From positions 1 to 60,035 of the forward strand of contig JAQWLF010000158.1 in assembly GCA_029247465.1 (NCBI GenBank): 60,035 bases of DNA. The letters run 5' to 3'. Positions 19,381 through 32,669 of the stretch are shown here, in pieces. Within the stretch, counting starts at the first letter, position 1, and every line of letters starts with the position of its first letter. The notes beneath the pieces are model-generated. The model ran no database searches, was not told where the DNA came from, and saw only the letters and a list, made by a program, of their open reading frames with translations. A program made the translations under genes and the position numbers. Source of the stretch: Candidatus Thioglobus sp. (lineage in GTDB: Bacteria; Pseudomonadota; Gammaproteobacteria; PS1; Pseudothioglobaceae).

Positions 19381-19601
19381 TGAAATACATACTTCTACCT
19401 TTAATTAAACTATACCAATGGCTAATTAGTCCATTATTAGGTAATAACTGTCGCCATATTCCGACCTGTTCAGAGTACACCTTTGATGCGATTAAGTACC
19501 ATGGAGTAATTAAAGGCTCTGCTCTTGGTGCAAAAAGAATCAGCAACTGTCACCCTTGGTCTGAAGCTAGCTTTGATCCAGTACCAAAAAAGATAATTTA
19601 A
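19380..19601 (+). CDS. yidD: Membrane protein insertion efficiency factor
   Basis: YQWLISP, CRHIPTCSEY, CHPW, FDPVP. Confidence 0.96.
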   Translation: MKYILLPLIKLYQWLISPLLGNNCRHIPTCSEYTFDAIKYHGVIKGSALGAKRISNCHPWSEASFDPVPKKII

Positions 19602-19624
19602 CCAATTAATAGCTAAAAACATCC

Positions 19625-21271
19625 ATGAATACACAAAAAATTTTCCTCTTTATTGCAATATTCTTAACTATATTTATTCTCTGGGATAAGTGGGAGCTTA
19701 CGCAATCAACAGATGAAAATGGAAATACTATAACTCAAACTGCTATAGTTCCTGTTGACTCTCAAGATGCAGCTATTGATGTTCCAGTAGCCAGCGATGT
19801 TCCCATTGTTTCCTCAACTGTCACTGAAAATACAACACCAATAATTGATAACTCTTTCACTCAAGGTGCCTTTACTACGGTTGTTACTGATCTTTTAACG
19901 GTTGAAATTTCTCACAAGGGCGGGACAATAATTAATGCCTACTTAAATGAATACCCAAAAGAACTAAAGTCAGAAGAGAAATTTCAATTACTTAGTAATT
20001 CCCCTGATAGGATTTTCCATGCTCAAAGTGGATTAATTCCAGCTGAACAAATGCCAACTCATCAATCTGAATATACCTCTGAGAGACAAGAGTATTTCCT
20101 TCAGGGTAATAGTGAGCTGATTGTGCCACTAATATGGAGAGGTGATAACGGTGTAGTAGTAACCAAAAACTACCACTTCAAACCAGATAGTTATATTGTG
20201 GAAGTTGACTACCTGATTAGCAACAACACTAACACTGATCAAATTGTTAATAGCTATACACAACTGGTTCATGGTAGTGAAGAGGAGTCTGGTGGTGGTT
20301 TTATGATGGGTATGCAAAACTTTAGTGGTGGTGCAACCTACAACGACGAAGAGATTTTTGAAAAAATTGATTTTGAGGACTTTGACTCTTCGCCTAAAAC
20401 AACCTCAGTTGGTGGCTGGGCTGCAATGATTCAGCACTACTTTTTTGCAGCATGGATACCTAACGATGATGAAACTCATACCTACTCAACTAAATCTAGT
20501 AGAGGCAACTACCTATTAACAACAGTTAACCCAAGTTCAAAAATTGCTGCCGGCACAACAGCTAGCCTTGGGAAAAACCAACTTTATATTGGTCCTAAAG
20601 AGCATGTTCGTCTTGAGCTGCTCGCTCCTGGACTCGATAAAACCGTAGATTATGGCTGGCTTTATATTGTTGCCAAGCCTTTATCAGTATTCCTTCACTG
20701 GATTTATAGTTTTATTGGTAACTGGGCTCTGTCTATTGTTGTCTTGACATTAATCATCAAGCTTGCTTTTTATAAGCTTTCAGAAAAATCATTCCGCTCA
20801 ATGGCAGGAATGAAGAAGTTGGCACCACGACTTCAAAAAATCAAAGAAACCTATAAAGACGATAAACAAAAGATTGGTAAAAAAACCATGGAGCTTTATA
20901 AAACAGAAAAAATAAATCCAGCTGCTGGTTGTCTGCCTATTCTAGTTCAGATTCCAGTTTTTATTTCTGTCTATTGGGTGCTTATAGAGATGGTTGAGCT
21001 GCGACAAACACCTTTCTTATATTTGCCAGACCTTTCTATGAAAGACCCTTACTTTATATTGCCTTTAATTATGGGTGCCTCGATGTGGTTTCAGCAACGC
21101 TTAAATCCACCACCAGCAGACCCGATTCAAGCAAAGATTATGATGATGCTTCCAGTAGTATTTACTGTCTTCTTCTTGTGGTTCCCGTCAGGTCTAGTTC
21201 TGTATTGGGTTACTAACAACATACTTTCAATTACTCAGCAAGTGTATATTAATAAAAAAATTAATAGTTAA
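19625..21271 (+). CDS. yidC: Membrane protein insertase
   Basis: LYIGPK, VDYGWL, GCLPILVQIPVF, PSGLVLYW. Confidence 0.98.
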   Translation: MNTQKIFLFIAIFLTIFILWDKWELTQSTDENGNTITQTAIVPVDSQDAAIDVPVASDVPIVSSTVTENTTPIIDNSFTQGAFTTVVTDLLTVEISHKGGTIINAYLNEYPKELKSEEKFQLLSNSPDRIFHAQSGLIPAEQMPTHQSEYTSERQEYFLQGNSELIVPLIWRGDNGVVVTKNYHFKPDSYIVEVDYLISNNTNTDQIVNSYTQLVHGSEEESGGGFMMGMQNFSGGATYNDEEIFEKIDFEDFDSSPKTTSVGGWAAMIQHYFFAAWIPNDDETHTYSTKSSRGNYLLTTVNPSSKIAAGTTASLGKNQLYIGPKEHVRLELLAPGLDKTVDYGWLYIVAKPLSVFLHWIYSFIGNWALSIVVLTLIIKLAFYKLSEKSFRSMAGMKKLAPRLQKIKETYKDDKQKIGKKTMELYKTEKINPAAGCLPILVQIPVFISVYWVLIEMVELRQTPFLYLPDLSMKDPYFILPLIMGASMWFQQRLNPPPADPIQAKIMMMLPVVFTVFFLWFPSGLVLYWVTNNILSITQQVYINKKINS

Positions 21272-21285
21272 ACAAATAAAACTCC

Positions 21286-21819
21286 ATGCATTCAACTGAA
21301 AAAGCAACTGAGATAGCTAAAAAAATTAAGCTTTTAATTTTAGATATTGATGGCGTTCTTACTGATGGAGGAATCTATTTTGATGACACGGGCAAAGAGC
21401 TCAAGAAATTTAATTCGTTAGATGGACATGGCATTAAAATGATTCTCTCTTCTGGAATTGAGGTCGGAGTGATAACTGCAAGAAGCACTTCATCGGTGAG
21501 CTATAGACTCAAAGACTTAGGTGTAAAACACTACTATCATGGTATCTCTGATAAGAGTATTACCTTAACTGAATTGACTGATAAATTATCTATTGAACTA
21601 AGCCAGGTGTGCTATGTTGGCGATGACGTAATTGACCTTACCGTTATGACTAAAGTAGCCTTACCAATTGCAGTTGCTAATGCCCACTCTTTTGTGAAAG
21701 AGCATTCAATATTGGTTTCAAAAAAATGTGGTGGTTCTGGAGCAGTTCGAGAGGTGTGTGACTTTTTGCTTAAGTCTCAAGGAAAGTATGATGCTTTAAT
21801 GGAGTCATATCTAAAATGA
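21286..21819 (+). CDS. kdsC: KDO 8-phosphate phosphatase (HAD family)
   Basis: DIDGVLTDG, DGHGI, GDDVID, GAVREVCD. Confidence 0.93.
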   Translation: MHSTEKATEIAKKIKLLILDIDGVLTDGGIYFDDTGKELKKFNSLDGHGIKMILSSGIEVGVITARSTSSVSYRLKDLGVKHYYHGISDKSITLTELTDKLSIELSQVCYVGDDVIDLTVMTKVALPIAVANAHSFVKEHSILVSKKCGGSGAVREVCDFLLKSQGKYDALMESYLK

Positions 21820-22121
21820 CCTCTTTTCAGTCTCAGTGTTATGAGGCTTTGAAAAAAGTTCCCCCTGGAAATGTAATTTCTTACGGTGGCCTTGCTGAAA
21901 TGATAGGACGACCTAAGGCGCATCGAGCGGTTGGAAGTGCAATGAATAAAAATCCATTTGCCCCTATAGTTCCTTGCCATCGAGTGGTTAAATCAAATGG
22001 TGAGCTAGGTGGTTTTGCAGGTGACATCAATCTAAAAATAAAACGCCTTCAAGAAGAAGGCGTTAAAGTATCGAACAATAAGATTGTTAATTTTCAGTCA
22101 GTGCTATTTAAAACACCTTAG
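21816..22121 (+). CDS. Single-domain methylated-DNA--protein-cysteine methyltransferase (MGMT family)
   Basis: SYGGLA, RAVGSAM, active-site PCHRV; 101 aa, C-terminal domain only. Confidence 0.9.
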   Translation: MTSFQSQCYEALKKVPPGNVISYGGLAEMIGRPKAHRAVGSAMNKNPFAPIVPCHRVVKSNGELGGFAGDINLKIKRLQEEGVKVSNNKIVNFQSVLFKTP

Positions 22122-22534
22122 CGCTTCTTCCCTCTCATCTTAGAAATCATTTGAAGCTGTGCCAGTGACTCAGCTAATGCAGCTTGTGTACTTGAAACAT
22201 CCTGTTCTCCTTGAGCATTAGACATTGCCTCTTCAGCACGTTGCTTAGCTTCAAGGGCTTTTGACTCGTCGAGGTCATTAGCACGAATAGCTGTATCAGA
22301 AAAAATTGTAACAGTATCAGGCTGAACTTCAATAATGCCGCCAGAAACAAAAATGGATTCCATGCCATTTTCAGTTTCAACTCGAACCTCTCCAGGCTTA
22401 AGTGTGCTAATTAATGCAACATGCATAGGATAAATACCAATCTCACCCATAGAGGCGGGGGCAAAAACACATTTCGCCTCTCCTGAGTAAATCTCCTCAG
22501 TTGCACTAACTACATCAACATGTATTACTGACAT
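22118..22534 (-). CDS. atpC: F1 ATP synthase epsilon
   Basis: DVVSA, GEIGIYPMH, VSGGIIEVQP; last gene of the atp operon. Confidence 0.98.
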   Translation of the reverse strand: MSVIHVDVVSATEEIYSGEAKCVFAPASMGEIGIYPMHVALISTLKPGEVRVETENGMESIFVSGGIIEVQPDTVTIFSDTAIRANDLDESKALEAKQRAEEAMSNAQGEQDVSSTQAALAESLAQLQMISKMRGKKR

Positions 22535-23929
<1,395 letters not shown>

Positions 23930-23937
23930 TTAAATCT

Positions 23938-24801
23938 TTAAACAGCAGCAGCACCTGCTACAATCTCAGAGATTTCCTGAGTAATAGCTGCCTGCCTTGC
24001 CTTGTTATAAATTAATTCTAGCTCATCGATCATATCACCAGCATTGTCCGTTGCACTATGCATAGCTATCATTCGAGAAGACTGCTCGCAAGCAATGTTT
24101 TCTACAATACCTTGATAAACTAAAGCTTCGATATATCGGACTAGTAAAGCGCTTAGTGCAGTCTCTGCATCTGGCTCATATATATAATCCCAATGGTGGT
24201 CCATGCTTTCTTCGTCGGTAATCTCCATTGGAACAATTTGCTTAACAGTTGGAACCTGTGTCATCGTATTTGCAAATCTATTATAAGCAATCATAATTTG
24301 ATCGATCTCACCTGAATCGTAACGGTCCAACATTACTTTGATTGCCCCTAGAAGATCGTCAAAATGTGGTGTATCTCCAAGATCAGTAAGAACAGAGTTA
24401 ATCGTCAGCCCAGTATTTTTAAAAAATGAAGTGGATTTTTTACCAATCGTGCAAAGTTCAACATCAACTTTATCTGATTGCCAAGCTGATATATCCTTCA
24501 AAAGGCTTCTAAATAAATTAGTATTTAAGCCCCCACAAAGTCCTCTATCACTAGAAATAACTATAACTCCTACACGCTTATTTTCTTTAGAAGCAGTCAT
24601 ATATGGATGCTTAAACTCAGAATTGGCATGAGTTAGGTGTCCTATAACATTGAGGATTTTTTCAGCATACGGTCGAGATGCCTGCATTCTGTCTTGCGCT
24701 TTTTTCATCTTAGAAGCAGCAACCATCTCCATGGCTGACGTAATCTTCTGAGTATTTTTAATACTCGCGATCTGTGTTCTAATTTCCTTGCCTACTGCCA
24801 T
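23938..24801 (-). CDS. atpG: F1 ATP synthase gamma
   Basis: [32 protein letters not shown]. Confidence 0.99.
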   Translation of the reverse strand: MAVGKEIRTQIASIKNTQKITSAMEMVAASKMKKAQDRMQASRPYAEKILNVIGHLTHANSEFKHPYMTASKENKRVGVIVISSDRGLCGGLNTNLFRSLLKDISAWQSDKVDVELCTIGKKSTSFFKNTGLTINSVLTDLGDTPHFDDLLGAIKVMLDRYDSGEIDQIMIAYNRFANTMTQVPTVKQIVPMEITDEESMDHHWDYIYEPDAETALSALLVRYIEALVYQGIVENIACEQSSRMIAMHSATDNAGDMIDELELIYNKARQAAITQEISEIVAGAAAV

Positions 24802-24807
24802 AGCTTA

Positions 24808-26349
24808 CTACCAAGTATTATTAGCTTTGAAATCATCAATCGCAGCCTGAAGTTGCGCTTCAATATCATCATTGTAGTCACCAGATTCATTAATAGAATC
24901 CATTAAAGCAGTCTGGTTAGTATTCATATACGCTAAAAGAGCTGCTTCAAATACCACTACCTTTTTTACCTCAATATCATCAAGCGCTCCAGAGTTAGCT
25001 GCAAAAAGCGATGTTGCAGTTTCTGCAACATTTAGGGGTGAATATTGTGCTTGTTTCATTAGCTCAGTTACACGCTGACCACGATCAATTTGAGCCTTAG
25101 TTTCTGCATCAAGATCAGATGCAAACTGAGCAAAAGCAGCTAGTTCGCGATATTGTGCTAAATCAAGACGGATACCACCACCAAGCTTTTTAATCGCTTT
25201 GGTTTGCGCAGCACCACCAACCCTTGAAACTGAAAGACCAGCGTTAATTGCAGGTCGAATACCTGAGTTAAAAAGATCTGTTTCTAAAAAGATTTGTCCA
25301 TCTGTAATTGAGATTACGTTTGTTGGAACAAAAGCTGATACGTCTCCAGCTTGAGTTTCAATAATAGGAAGAGCAGTTAATGATCCAGTTTTCCCTTTAA
25401 CTTCTCCATTTGTAATTTTTTCTACATACTCGGCATTAACTCTTGAGGCTCTTTCTAATAAACGAGAGTGGAGATAAAATACATCGCCTGGATATGCTTC
25501 ACGTCCTGGTGGGCGCTTTAGAAGTAGCGATACTTGACGATAAGCCCATGCTTGTTTTGTGAGGTCGTCGTAAATGATTAGTGCATCTTCACCACGATCT
25601 CTGAAATATTCACCCATTGCGCAACCTGCATAAGGAGCTATATATTGAAGAGCAGCGGAGTCAGAAGCAGCCGCAGAAACAATAATAGTATGAGCTAGAG
25701 CGCCATGCTCTTCTAATTTACGAACAACTGCAGCGATTGAGGATGCTTTTTGGCCAATAGCAACATAGATACATTTAACACCAGTACCTTTTTGATTAAT
25801 AATAGTATCAATTGCAACTGCTGTTTTTCCAGTTTGACGATCACCAATGATAAGCTCGCGCTGACCGCGGCCGATTGGAACCATCGCATCAATTGCCTTA
25901 ATACCAGTTTGAATTGGCTGATCAACTGATTGTCTTTCAATTACACCTGGCGCAACAACCTCGATTGGACGAGTGACAGAAGCTTTAATCTCTCCCTTGC
26001 CTTCTAAGTCTTCACCAAGAGGATTAACAACACGACCAAGTAGCTCGTTACCAACTGGTACTTCCATAATTCGATTTGTACACTTAACAGTGTCGCCTTC
26101 TGAAATGTGAAGATAGTCACCTAATACAACCGCACCAACAGAATCCTGCTCAAGGTTAAGCGCTAAACCAAAAGTATTCCCTGGAAATTCTAGCATCTCA
26201 CCAAACTGAGCATCTGCTAAGCCATGAATACGAACAATTCCATCACTTACACTTATTACTGTGCCTTCTGTCCGAGCTTCAGCTGAAAAGTCAAAGCCCT
26301 CTATTTCTTTTTTAATTAAATCACTGATTTCAGAAGCGTTTAATTGCAT
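24808..26349 (-). CDS. atpA: F1 ATP synthase alpha
   Basis: [21 protein letters not shown]. Confidence 0.99.
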   Translation of the reverse strand: MQLNASEISDLIKKEIEGFDFSAEARTEGTVISVSDGIVRIHGLADAQFGEMLEFPGNTFGLALNLEQDSVGAVVLGDYLHISEGDTVKCTNRIMEVPVGNELLGRVVNPLGEDLEGKGEIKASVTRPIEVVAPGVIERQSVDQPIQTGIKAIDAMVPIGRGQRELIIGDRQTGKTAVAIDTIINQKGTGVKCIYVAIGQKASSIAAVVRKLEEHGALAHTIIVSAAASDSAALQYIAPYAGCAMGEYFRDRGEDALIIYDDLTKQAWAYRQVSLLLKRPPGREAYPGDVFYLHSRLLERASRVNAEYVEKITNGEVKGKTGSLTALPIIETQAGDVSAFVPTNVISITDGQIFLETDLFNSGIRPAINAGLSVSRVGGAAQTKAIKKLGGGIRLDLAQYRELAAFAQFASDLDAETKAQIDRGQRVTELMKQAQYSPLNVAETATSLFAANSGALDDIEVKKVVVFEAALLAYMNTNQTALMDSINESGDYNDDIEAQLQAAIDDFKANNTW

Positions 26350-26370
26350 AACTAACCTCTCTATATAAAA

Positions 26371-26919
26371 TTAATTTACAGACAAAGAAACACTCAGAGC
26401 GTCTACTTTTGCCTTAATTGATGTATCGATTACCTTATCACCTTCTTTAACAATGACACCGCCTTTAAGTGTCTTATCAATTTCAGTTTCAACAGCTACT
26501 GTTGTTTTATGTTTACTTGTTAAATCGTCAACGATTGCTTTTTGTTCTGACTCACTTAACTCAAATGCACTAATAACTTTAAAGTTCTTACTTTTATTAG
26601 CATTAGATACTGCAGACTCAAAAGCATCAGCGATACTGCTGATTGCACTTGAACGACCATTATTAAGAATAAGATTTATAAATGCAGACTCTTGCTTGCT
26701 GAGCTCTCTCGAATTTGTCTTTCCAATTAAAGCAGAAATCAAATCAAATTTTTGATCTTTGCTTTTGCCTGGAGAAGCGATGAAAGTCTTCGTGTTTTTA
26801 TCAGCCATAATTGCACTAGCTGCAGCTAAAAAATCACTCCAATTTGAGACAGATTTACTTTGTCCTGCAATTTCAAAAATCGCTTGTGCGTATGGCTTGG
26901 CAATTGTTGATAATTCCAT
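26371..26919 (-). CDS. atpH: F1 ATP synthase delta
   Basis: IAKPYAQAIF, GGVIVKEGDKVIDTS; operon position. Confidence 0.96.
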   Translation of the reverse strand: MELSTIAKPYAQAIFEIAGQSKSVSNWSDFLAAASAIMADKNTKTFIASPGKSKDQKFDLISALIGKTNSRELSKQESAFINLILNNGRSSAISSIADAFESAVSNANKSKNFKVISAFELSESEQKAIVDDLTSKHKTTVAVETEIDKTLKGGVIVKEGDKVIDTSIKAKVDALSVSLSVN

Positions 26920-26928
26920 CGTACCGAC

Positions 26929-27399
26929 CTATAGTGATTGAGATAGCTTTGAAAGCATATCTTTGTGTGCCTTAGCGTCAACTTCTTTTTCTAATACCGA
27001 GTTGACTCCCTGCATAACTAGAGTTGAGACTTGATTTTTAAGCTCATTGCGTGCTTTCACAACCTCTTGGTCAAGTTCAGATTTAGCATGAGCTTTAATT
27101 TTGTCTGCTTCTTCAGAAGCCACACCCTTGGCATTATCGATCATTACGTTTGCTTGTTTATCAGCGTTCGCAATAATATCAGCTGCTTGATTTTTAGTAC
27201 TTGCTATAAGCTCTTCAGCATTTTTCTGTGCTAATGCGTGCTCTTCTTTTCCAAGTTCAGCCGCCTTCAATCCATCTTCAATGGACTTTTTACGTGCAGC
27301 CATTGCCTCAACGAGTGGTGGCCAAATAAACTTCATGCAGAACCAGACAAACATGGCGAACATGATTGTTTGTCCAACTAGCGTAAGGTTAATATTCAT
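26929..27399 (-). CDS. atpF: Fo ATP synthase subunit b
   Basis: [10 protein letters not shown]...[12 protein letters not shown] plus coiled coil. Confidence 0.98.
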   Translation of the reverse strand: MNINLTLVGQTIMFAMFVWFCMKFIWPPLVEAMAARKKSIEDGLKAAELGKEEHALAQKNAEELIASTKNQAADIIANADKQANVMIDNAKGVASEEADKIKAHAKSELDQEVVKARNELKNQVSTLVMQGVNSVLEKEVDAKAHKDMLSKLSQSL

Positions 27400-27435
27400 A
27401 GCTTAATACCCTTATTTATTTGAAAAAAATACAAA

Positions 27436-28879
<1,444 letters not shown>

Positions 28880-29039
28880 TTTTTTCGCTAACCACCCTGA
28901 CTAGATACAAACGCAATATTATACAATTTACTGCCAAATAGTCAAGTCCTCAAACTACAATTTATTTATTGAGAGGGAATTTTTATTTATTTAAATTATT
29001 GGTGGATTTAGTCTACTAAAAAAATTAATATAGCTCTGT

Positions 29040-30701
29040 TTAAGCACTCGATTTAATCATTTCTTCAGCAGCTATTCTTGTTTTGTCACTAATAGTAATT
29101 CCACCTAAAATTCTTGCAACCTCTTCGGTCCTTTGACTTAGACTGAGGTCTGTAACATGAGTAAAGGTTGCTCCATTTTTCTGAATTTTTACCACCTTCA
29201 AATGCTCTTTCCCTTGTGCTGCAACTTGTGCAAGATGTGTGACACAAATAATTTGATAATGAGTGGATAATTTTTTTAACATTTGACCCACGATTTCTGC
29301 CACTGAACCACTAATACCGACATCCACCTCATCAAAGACTATACTAGGTATAAGCTCGGAATTACTGGTTACTACTGAAAGGGCCAGTGAGATTCGTGAT
29401 AATTCGCCGCCTGATGCCACCTTGTTGAGAGGTTTGAGCTCTTGTCCAGTATTAGTTTTAACATGAATGATAATTTCCTCCATTCCATTCAAGCGAATAG
29501 AGTTTCTGAGAGGCTTGATAGAAAAATCAATTTCACTTCCAGGCATTCCTAGATTCTGCATTATATCTGTAACTTTTTTTGACAAAGACTTGCTAGCAGT
29601 CAATCTTTTTTCGCTTAATAATTTTGACTTACTGTAGTAATTTTTCTCACATTGATTCTGTTTAATTAGTAACTCTTCTAGCTTCTCGTTTGATGAGCCT
29701 AGGTCATCGAGTTGAGCTTGGAGATTAGTTTGAACACTTAGTAGTTCTTGTATTTGACAATTATGCTTCCGACCTAACTCATGCAGGATATTAATTCTTG
29801 CAGTAAGCTCTGCAGAATTATCTTCAATACCACCAATTTTATTAAGGTAGTCAGTTAAATCATAAATACTCTCTTGAACCTGAACTTGTGCGCTTGATAA
29901 CAATGACTGAATTGAGTCGAGTCGTGAATCTACTTGTCTTGACTGTTCAACAGAACGCTCTCCATCTATTAAAATATTATTTACTCCTGATTCATGATCT
30001 AAGGACTCAAGTATCTTAGATATTTTTTCGACTAATAAACTTGCATTGACAGATACCCTATAGTCATCCTCAATACTATCAAGCTCATCTTGTGTTGTAT
30101 CAATTTGTAATAACTCATTGAGCTGGTGACTTAAAAGCTCTTTTTGAGTCGACAAAAGTTCATTACTTTTTGTTAAATCTTCAATTTCATTTTGAATTTG
30201 TTGATACTTATAAACAGTTGAATTGACTTCTTCACATAAGTCTTGAGTAATGGCATAATCATCTAAAAGAATTCGATGCTGGTTACTTCGAAGTAGAAGT
30301 TGGTGTTCATTTTGACCATGCATATCAATTAAATATCCACCGATATCACGTAAAGTTGATAAAGGAACATTGCTGCCATTCACATAAGACCGAGACTTTC
30401 CGTCTGCACTAATAATCCTTCTTAGAATGCATTCAGTTCCATTTTCTAGATCTAGATTTTCTAATAACGATTGAAGGCGATCTTCAATGTCGATACTGAA
30501 TGTTGCAACTATTTCTGACTTGCTCGCACCATCTCTAACCAAAGAAGCATCAGAGCGTCCACCAACAACTAGGCTCAGTGCTTGAATTATGATTGATTTT
30601 CCAGCGCCCGTTTCACCAGTCACTACCGTCATTCCATTCTTAAACTCAATGTTTAATTCTTGGACAACCACTAAATTTTTAACAAATAGTTGATCTAACA
30701 T
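29040..30701 (-). CDS. recN: DNA repair protein RecN
   Basis: TGETGAGKS, HGQNEHQ, ASGGELSR, FDEVDVGISG, VTHLAQVAA. Confidence 0.98.
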   Translation of the reverse strand: MLDQLFVKNLVVVQELNIEFKNGMTVVTGETGAGKSIIIQALSLVVGGRSDASLVRDGASKSEIVATFSIDIEDRLQSLLENLDLENGTECILRRIISADGKSRSYVNGSNVPLSTLRDIGGYLIDMHGQNEHQLLLRSNQHRILLDDYAITQDLCEEVNSTVYKYQQIQNEIEDLTKSNELLSTQKELLSHQLNELLQIDTTQDELDSIEDDYRVSVNASLLVEKISKILESLDHESGVNNILIDGERSVEQSRQVDSRLDSIQSLLSSAQVQVQESIYDLTDYLNKIGGIEDNSAELTARINILHELGRKHNCQIQELLSVQTNLQAQLDDLGSSNEKLEELLIKQNQCEKNYYSKSKLLSEKRLTASKSLSKKVTDIMQNLGMPGSEIDFSIKPLRNSIRLNGMEEIIIHVKTNTGQELKPLNKVASGGELSRISLALSVVTSNSELIPSIVFDEVDVGISGSVAEIVGQMLKKLSTHYQIICVTHLAQVAAQGKEHLKVVKIQKNGATFTHVTDLSLSQRTEEVARILGGITISDKTRIAAEEMIKSSA

Positions 30702-30713
30702 ATCTTAAATGTT

Positions 30714-31532
30714 TTAAACCTTCTGACCCCAATGTAGCTTTGAACGAATAATCTCAAAATAATCATAGCCCTTAGGATGAATCAAGTGAACAAAACTATC
30801 GTGTTGCTTGACACGCAAAGCATCGTCCACCGATACTGAAACTGCAGATTGAGCATCAAAACTTATTGTGGCAGTATCTTCACAGTCTAGAAGTGTAATT
30901 AAAACCTCACTTTCACCATGAAGAATAAATGGTCTATGACTCATTGTATGAGGACTGATTGACACCAGGCAAATGGCATTAGCACTAGGATGCATAATCG
31001 GACCACCACTTGACAAAGCGTAAGCGGTCGATCCAGTAGGCGTTGTAACTATTATCCCGTCCGCTCGCTGATTATTAACAAAATCATCATCAACAAACAA
31101 CTCAAATTCTATCATTCTTGGGGTTTCATTACGATGCACTACAACTTCATTAAAAGCCAAATGTTGAGATATAAGCTCGCCATTTCGTTCTATTTGACAA
31201 CTTAATAAGGATCTTTTTTCTTTAATGTACTCCCCTTTTAAGATGCCACTAACAATAGGAATCATTGACTCGACAGGGACGTCGGCTAAAAAACCAAGTC
31301 TGCCTAGATTAACGCCAAGAATAGGGATGTTACTATCAACATAGGTTCTTGCAGTATTCAATATTGTTCCATCACCACCTACAACAACAATTAGGTCGGC
31401 ATCTTTTTCAATATCATCACCATCCTCTAGAAGGGTCACTCCTTTATCTTTAATGAATACGCCAAGCTCCCAAGCAGTTTTTTGACTGGTAAAATCATTT
31501 GGTTTACAGATAATGCCAATAGTATTAAACAT
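30714..31532 (-). CDS. nadK: NAD kinase
   Basis: GGDGT, GRLGFL, NEVV, TPTGSTAYALS; start placed at MFNTIG. Confidence 0.97.
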   Translation of the reverse strand: MFNTIGIICKPNDFTSQKTAWELGVFIKDKGVTLLEDGDDIEKDADLIVVVGGDGTILNTARTYVDSNIPILGVNLGRLGFLADVPVESMIPIVSGILKGEYIKEKRSLLSCQIERNGELISQHLAFNEVVVHRNETPRMIEFELFVDDDFVNNQRADGIIVTTPTGSTAYALSSGGPIMHPSANAICLVSISPHTMSHRPFILHGESEVLITLLDCEDTATISFDAQSAVSVSVDDALRVKQHDSFVHLIHPKGYDYFEIIRSKLHWGQKV

Positions 31533-31597
31533 AGGCCTTGAAAAATTCAAAAGAATGACTAAATATCACCCTAAATATACATTAGTTTGATTACACA

Positions 31598-32143
31598 ATG
31601 ACAAAAAAGAAAGAACAAAAAACTCAAAAAGTTAGCCCCAAAGAGGTCAATAAAGAATCATCGGTTGATTCTGATGTAGCTCTAGATTTAGAAACTCAGC
31701 TCGCAGATGCCCAGCAGTCTGCAAAAGATAATTGGGATAAGCTATTGCGCTCTCAAGCTGAGATGGAAAACCTTAAAAGAAGAACCTCAAAAGACCTTGA
31801 AAATGCTCACAAATATGCACTTGATGGCTTTGTTAAAGCCCTCTTAGAGGTCAAAGACTCTCTTTCAATGGGACTAAAATTAGCCACCGATGAAAATGCC
31901 AGTTTAGAGCATACTGTTGAGGGCCTTAAACTAACAAATAAGGTATTTACCTCGACTCTTGAAAAATTTGGAGTAGAAACAGTTGATCCTAAAGATGAGA
32001 AATTCAATCCAGAACTTCATGAAGCTGTAACGATGATTCCAATGCCTGATAAGAAATCCAATACAGTTCTTGAGGTTGTCCAAGTAGGCTTTACTCTTAA
32101 TGGACGCTTGGTTAGACCAGCAATGGTTATTGTTGTTCAGTAA
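31598..32143 (+). CDS. grpE: Nucleotide exchange factor GrpE
   Basis: [34 protein letters not shown]; divergent from nadK as in other Gammaproteobacteria. Confidence 0.98.
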   Translation: MTKKKEQKTQKVSPKEVNKESSVDSDVALDLETQLADAQQSAKDNWDKLLRSQAEMENLKRRTSKDLENAHKYALDGFVKALLEVKDSLSMGLKLATDENASLEHTVEGLKLTNKVFTSTLEKFGVETVDPKDEKFNPELHEAVTMIPMPDKKSNTVLEVVQVGFTLNGRLVRPAMVIVVQ

Positions 32144-32144
32144 A
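32127..32144 (+). repeat. Direct repeat copy 1 (grpE 3' end, TTATTGTTGTTCAGTAAA)
   Basis: 16/18 identical to 32547-32564. Confidence 0.6.
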
Positions 32145-32153
32145 GACTCTGTT

Positions 32154-32525
32154 ATGAAAAAACTACTAATACTTCTATTCTCAATACTGATTTCCTTTAA
32201 CTCTTATGGTGAGGAAGTTGGTAGTGAGTCATATGACTGGAAGAAATGGGATTGTTATGATTTCATTGATGGTGGGTACATATTAAGTGTTGGATATATT
32301 CCAGAAATTGGAGATTCTAAAGGCGTATTATTTGTAAAAGGTGCTGACTCACATACTGATACATTTCACTCTCTTCGAGATGTTCAACACTCCTGGGAAT
32401 GGGATTCTTATACTATAGTAATCGAATCGAATGGAACTGGAAGGTTTTACAATAATGAAACTCCTGAAGAAAGGTACGAATGTACATCTGCTCCTTTAGA
32501 AAAGTTGATGTATGATATCTGGTGA
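32154..32525 (+). CDS. Hypothetical secreted protein (123 aa)
   Basis: ATG at 32154; Sec-type signal MKKLLILLFSILISFNSYG; mature part acidic, aromatic-rich, with two Cys. Confidence 0.75.
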   Translation: MKKLLILLFSILISFNSYGEEVGSESYDWKKWDCYDFIDGGYILSVGYIPEIGDSKGVLFVKGADSHTDTFHSLRDVQHSWEWDSYTIVIESNGTGRFYNNETPEERYECTSAPLEKLMYDIW

Positions 32526-32546
32526 TTTTTTTAAAGTAATATGTAC

Positions 32547-32564
32547 TTATAGTTGTTCAATAAA
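32547..32564 (+). repeat. Direct repeat copy 2 (TTATAGTTGTTCAATAAA), relic grpE 3' end
   Basis: Still reads I-V-V-Q-stop (ATA GTT GTT CAA TAA) like the grpE C-terminus; both mismatches are synonymous. Confidence 0.6.
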
Positions 32565-32669
32565 TAGCATTTTATTCATAAAAGTAGCTATAAATTGGCT
32601 TTTTTTAGCTAATAATAACCATTAATACTATTTTTTTTATGTTTTTTTAGTAAAATTAGTTATTTTTCT

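Noticed and set aside
28880-29039. AT-rich spacer upstream of atpI as origin or ncRNA
   Set aside because: No DnaA boxes or convincing structure seen; explained as the atp promoter region.
31537-31578. Sigma32 promoter for grpE
   Set aside because: CTTGAAA is present but there is no CCCCAT-like -10 element at proper spacing.
32100-32153. Upstream start of the secreted-protein ORF
   Set aside because: Overlaps grpE and would bury the signal peptide; ATG 32154 preferred.
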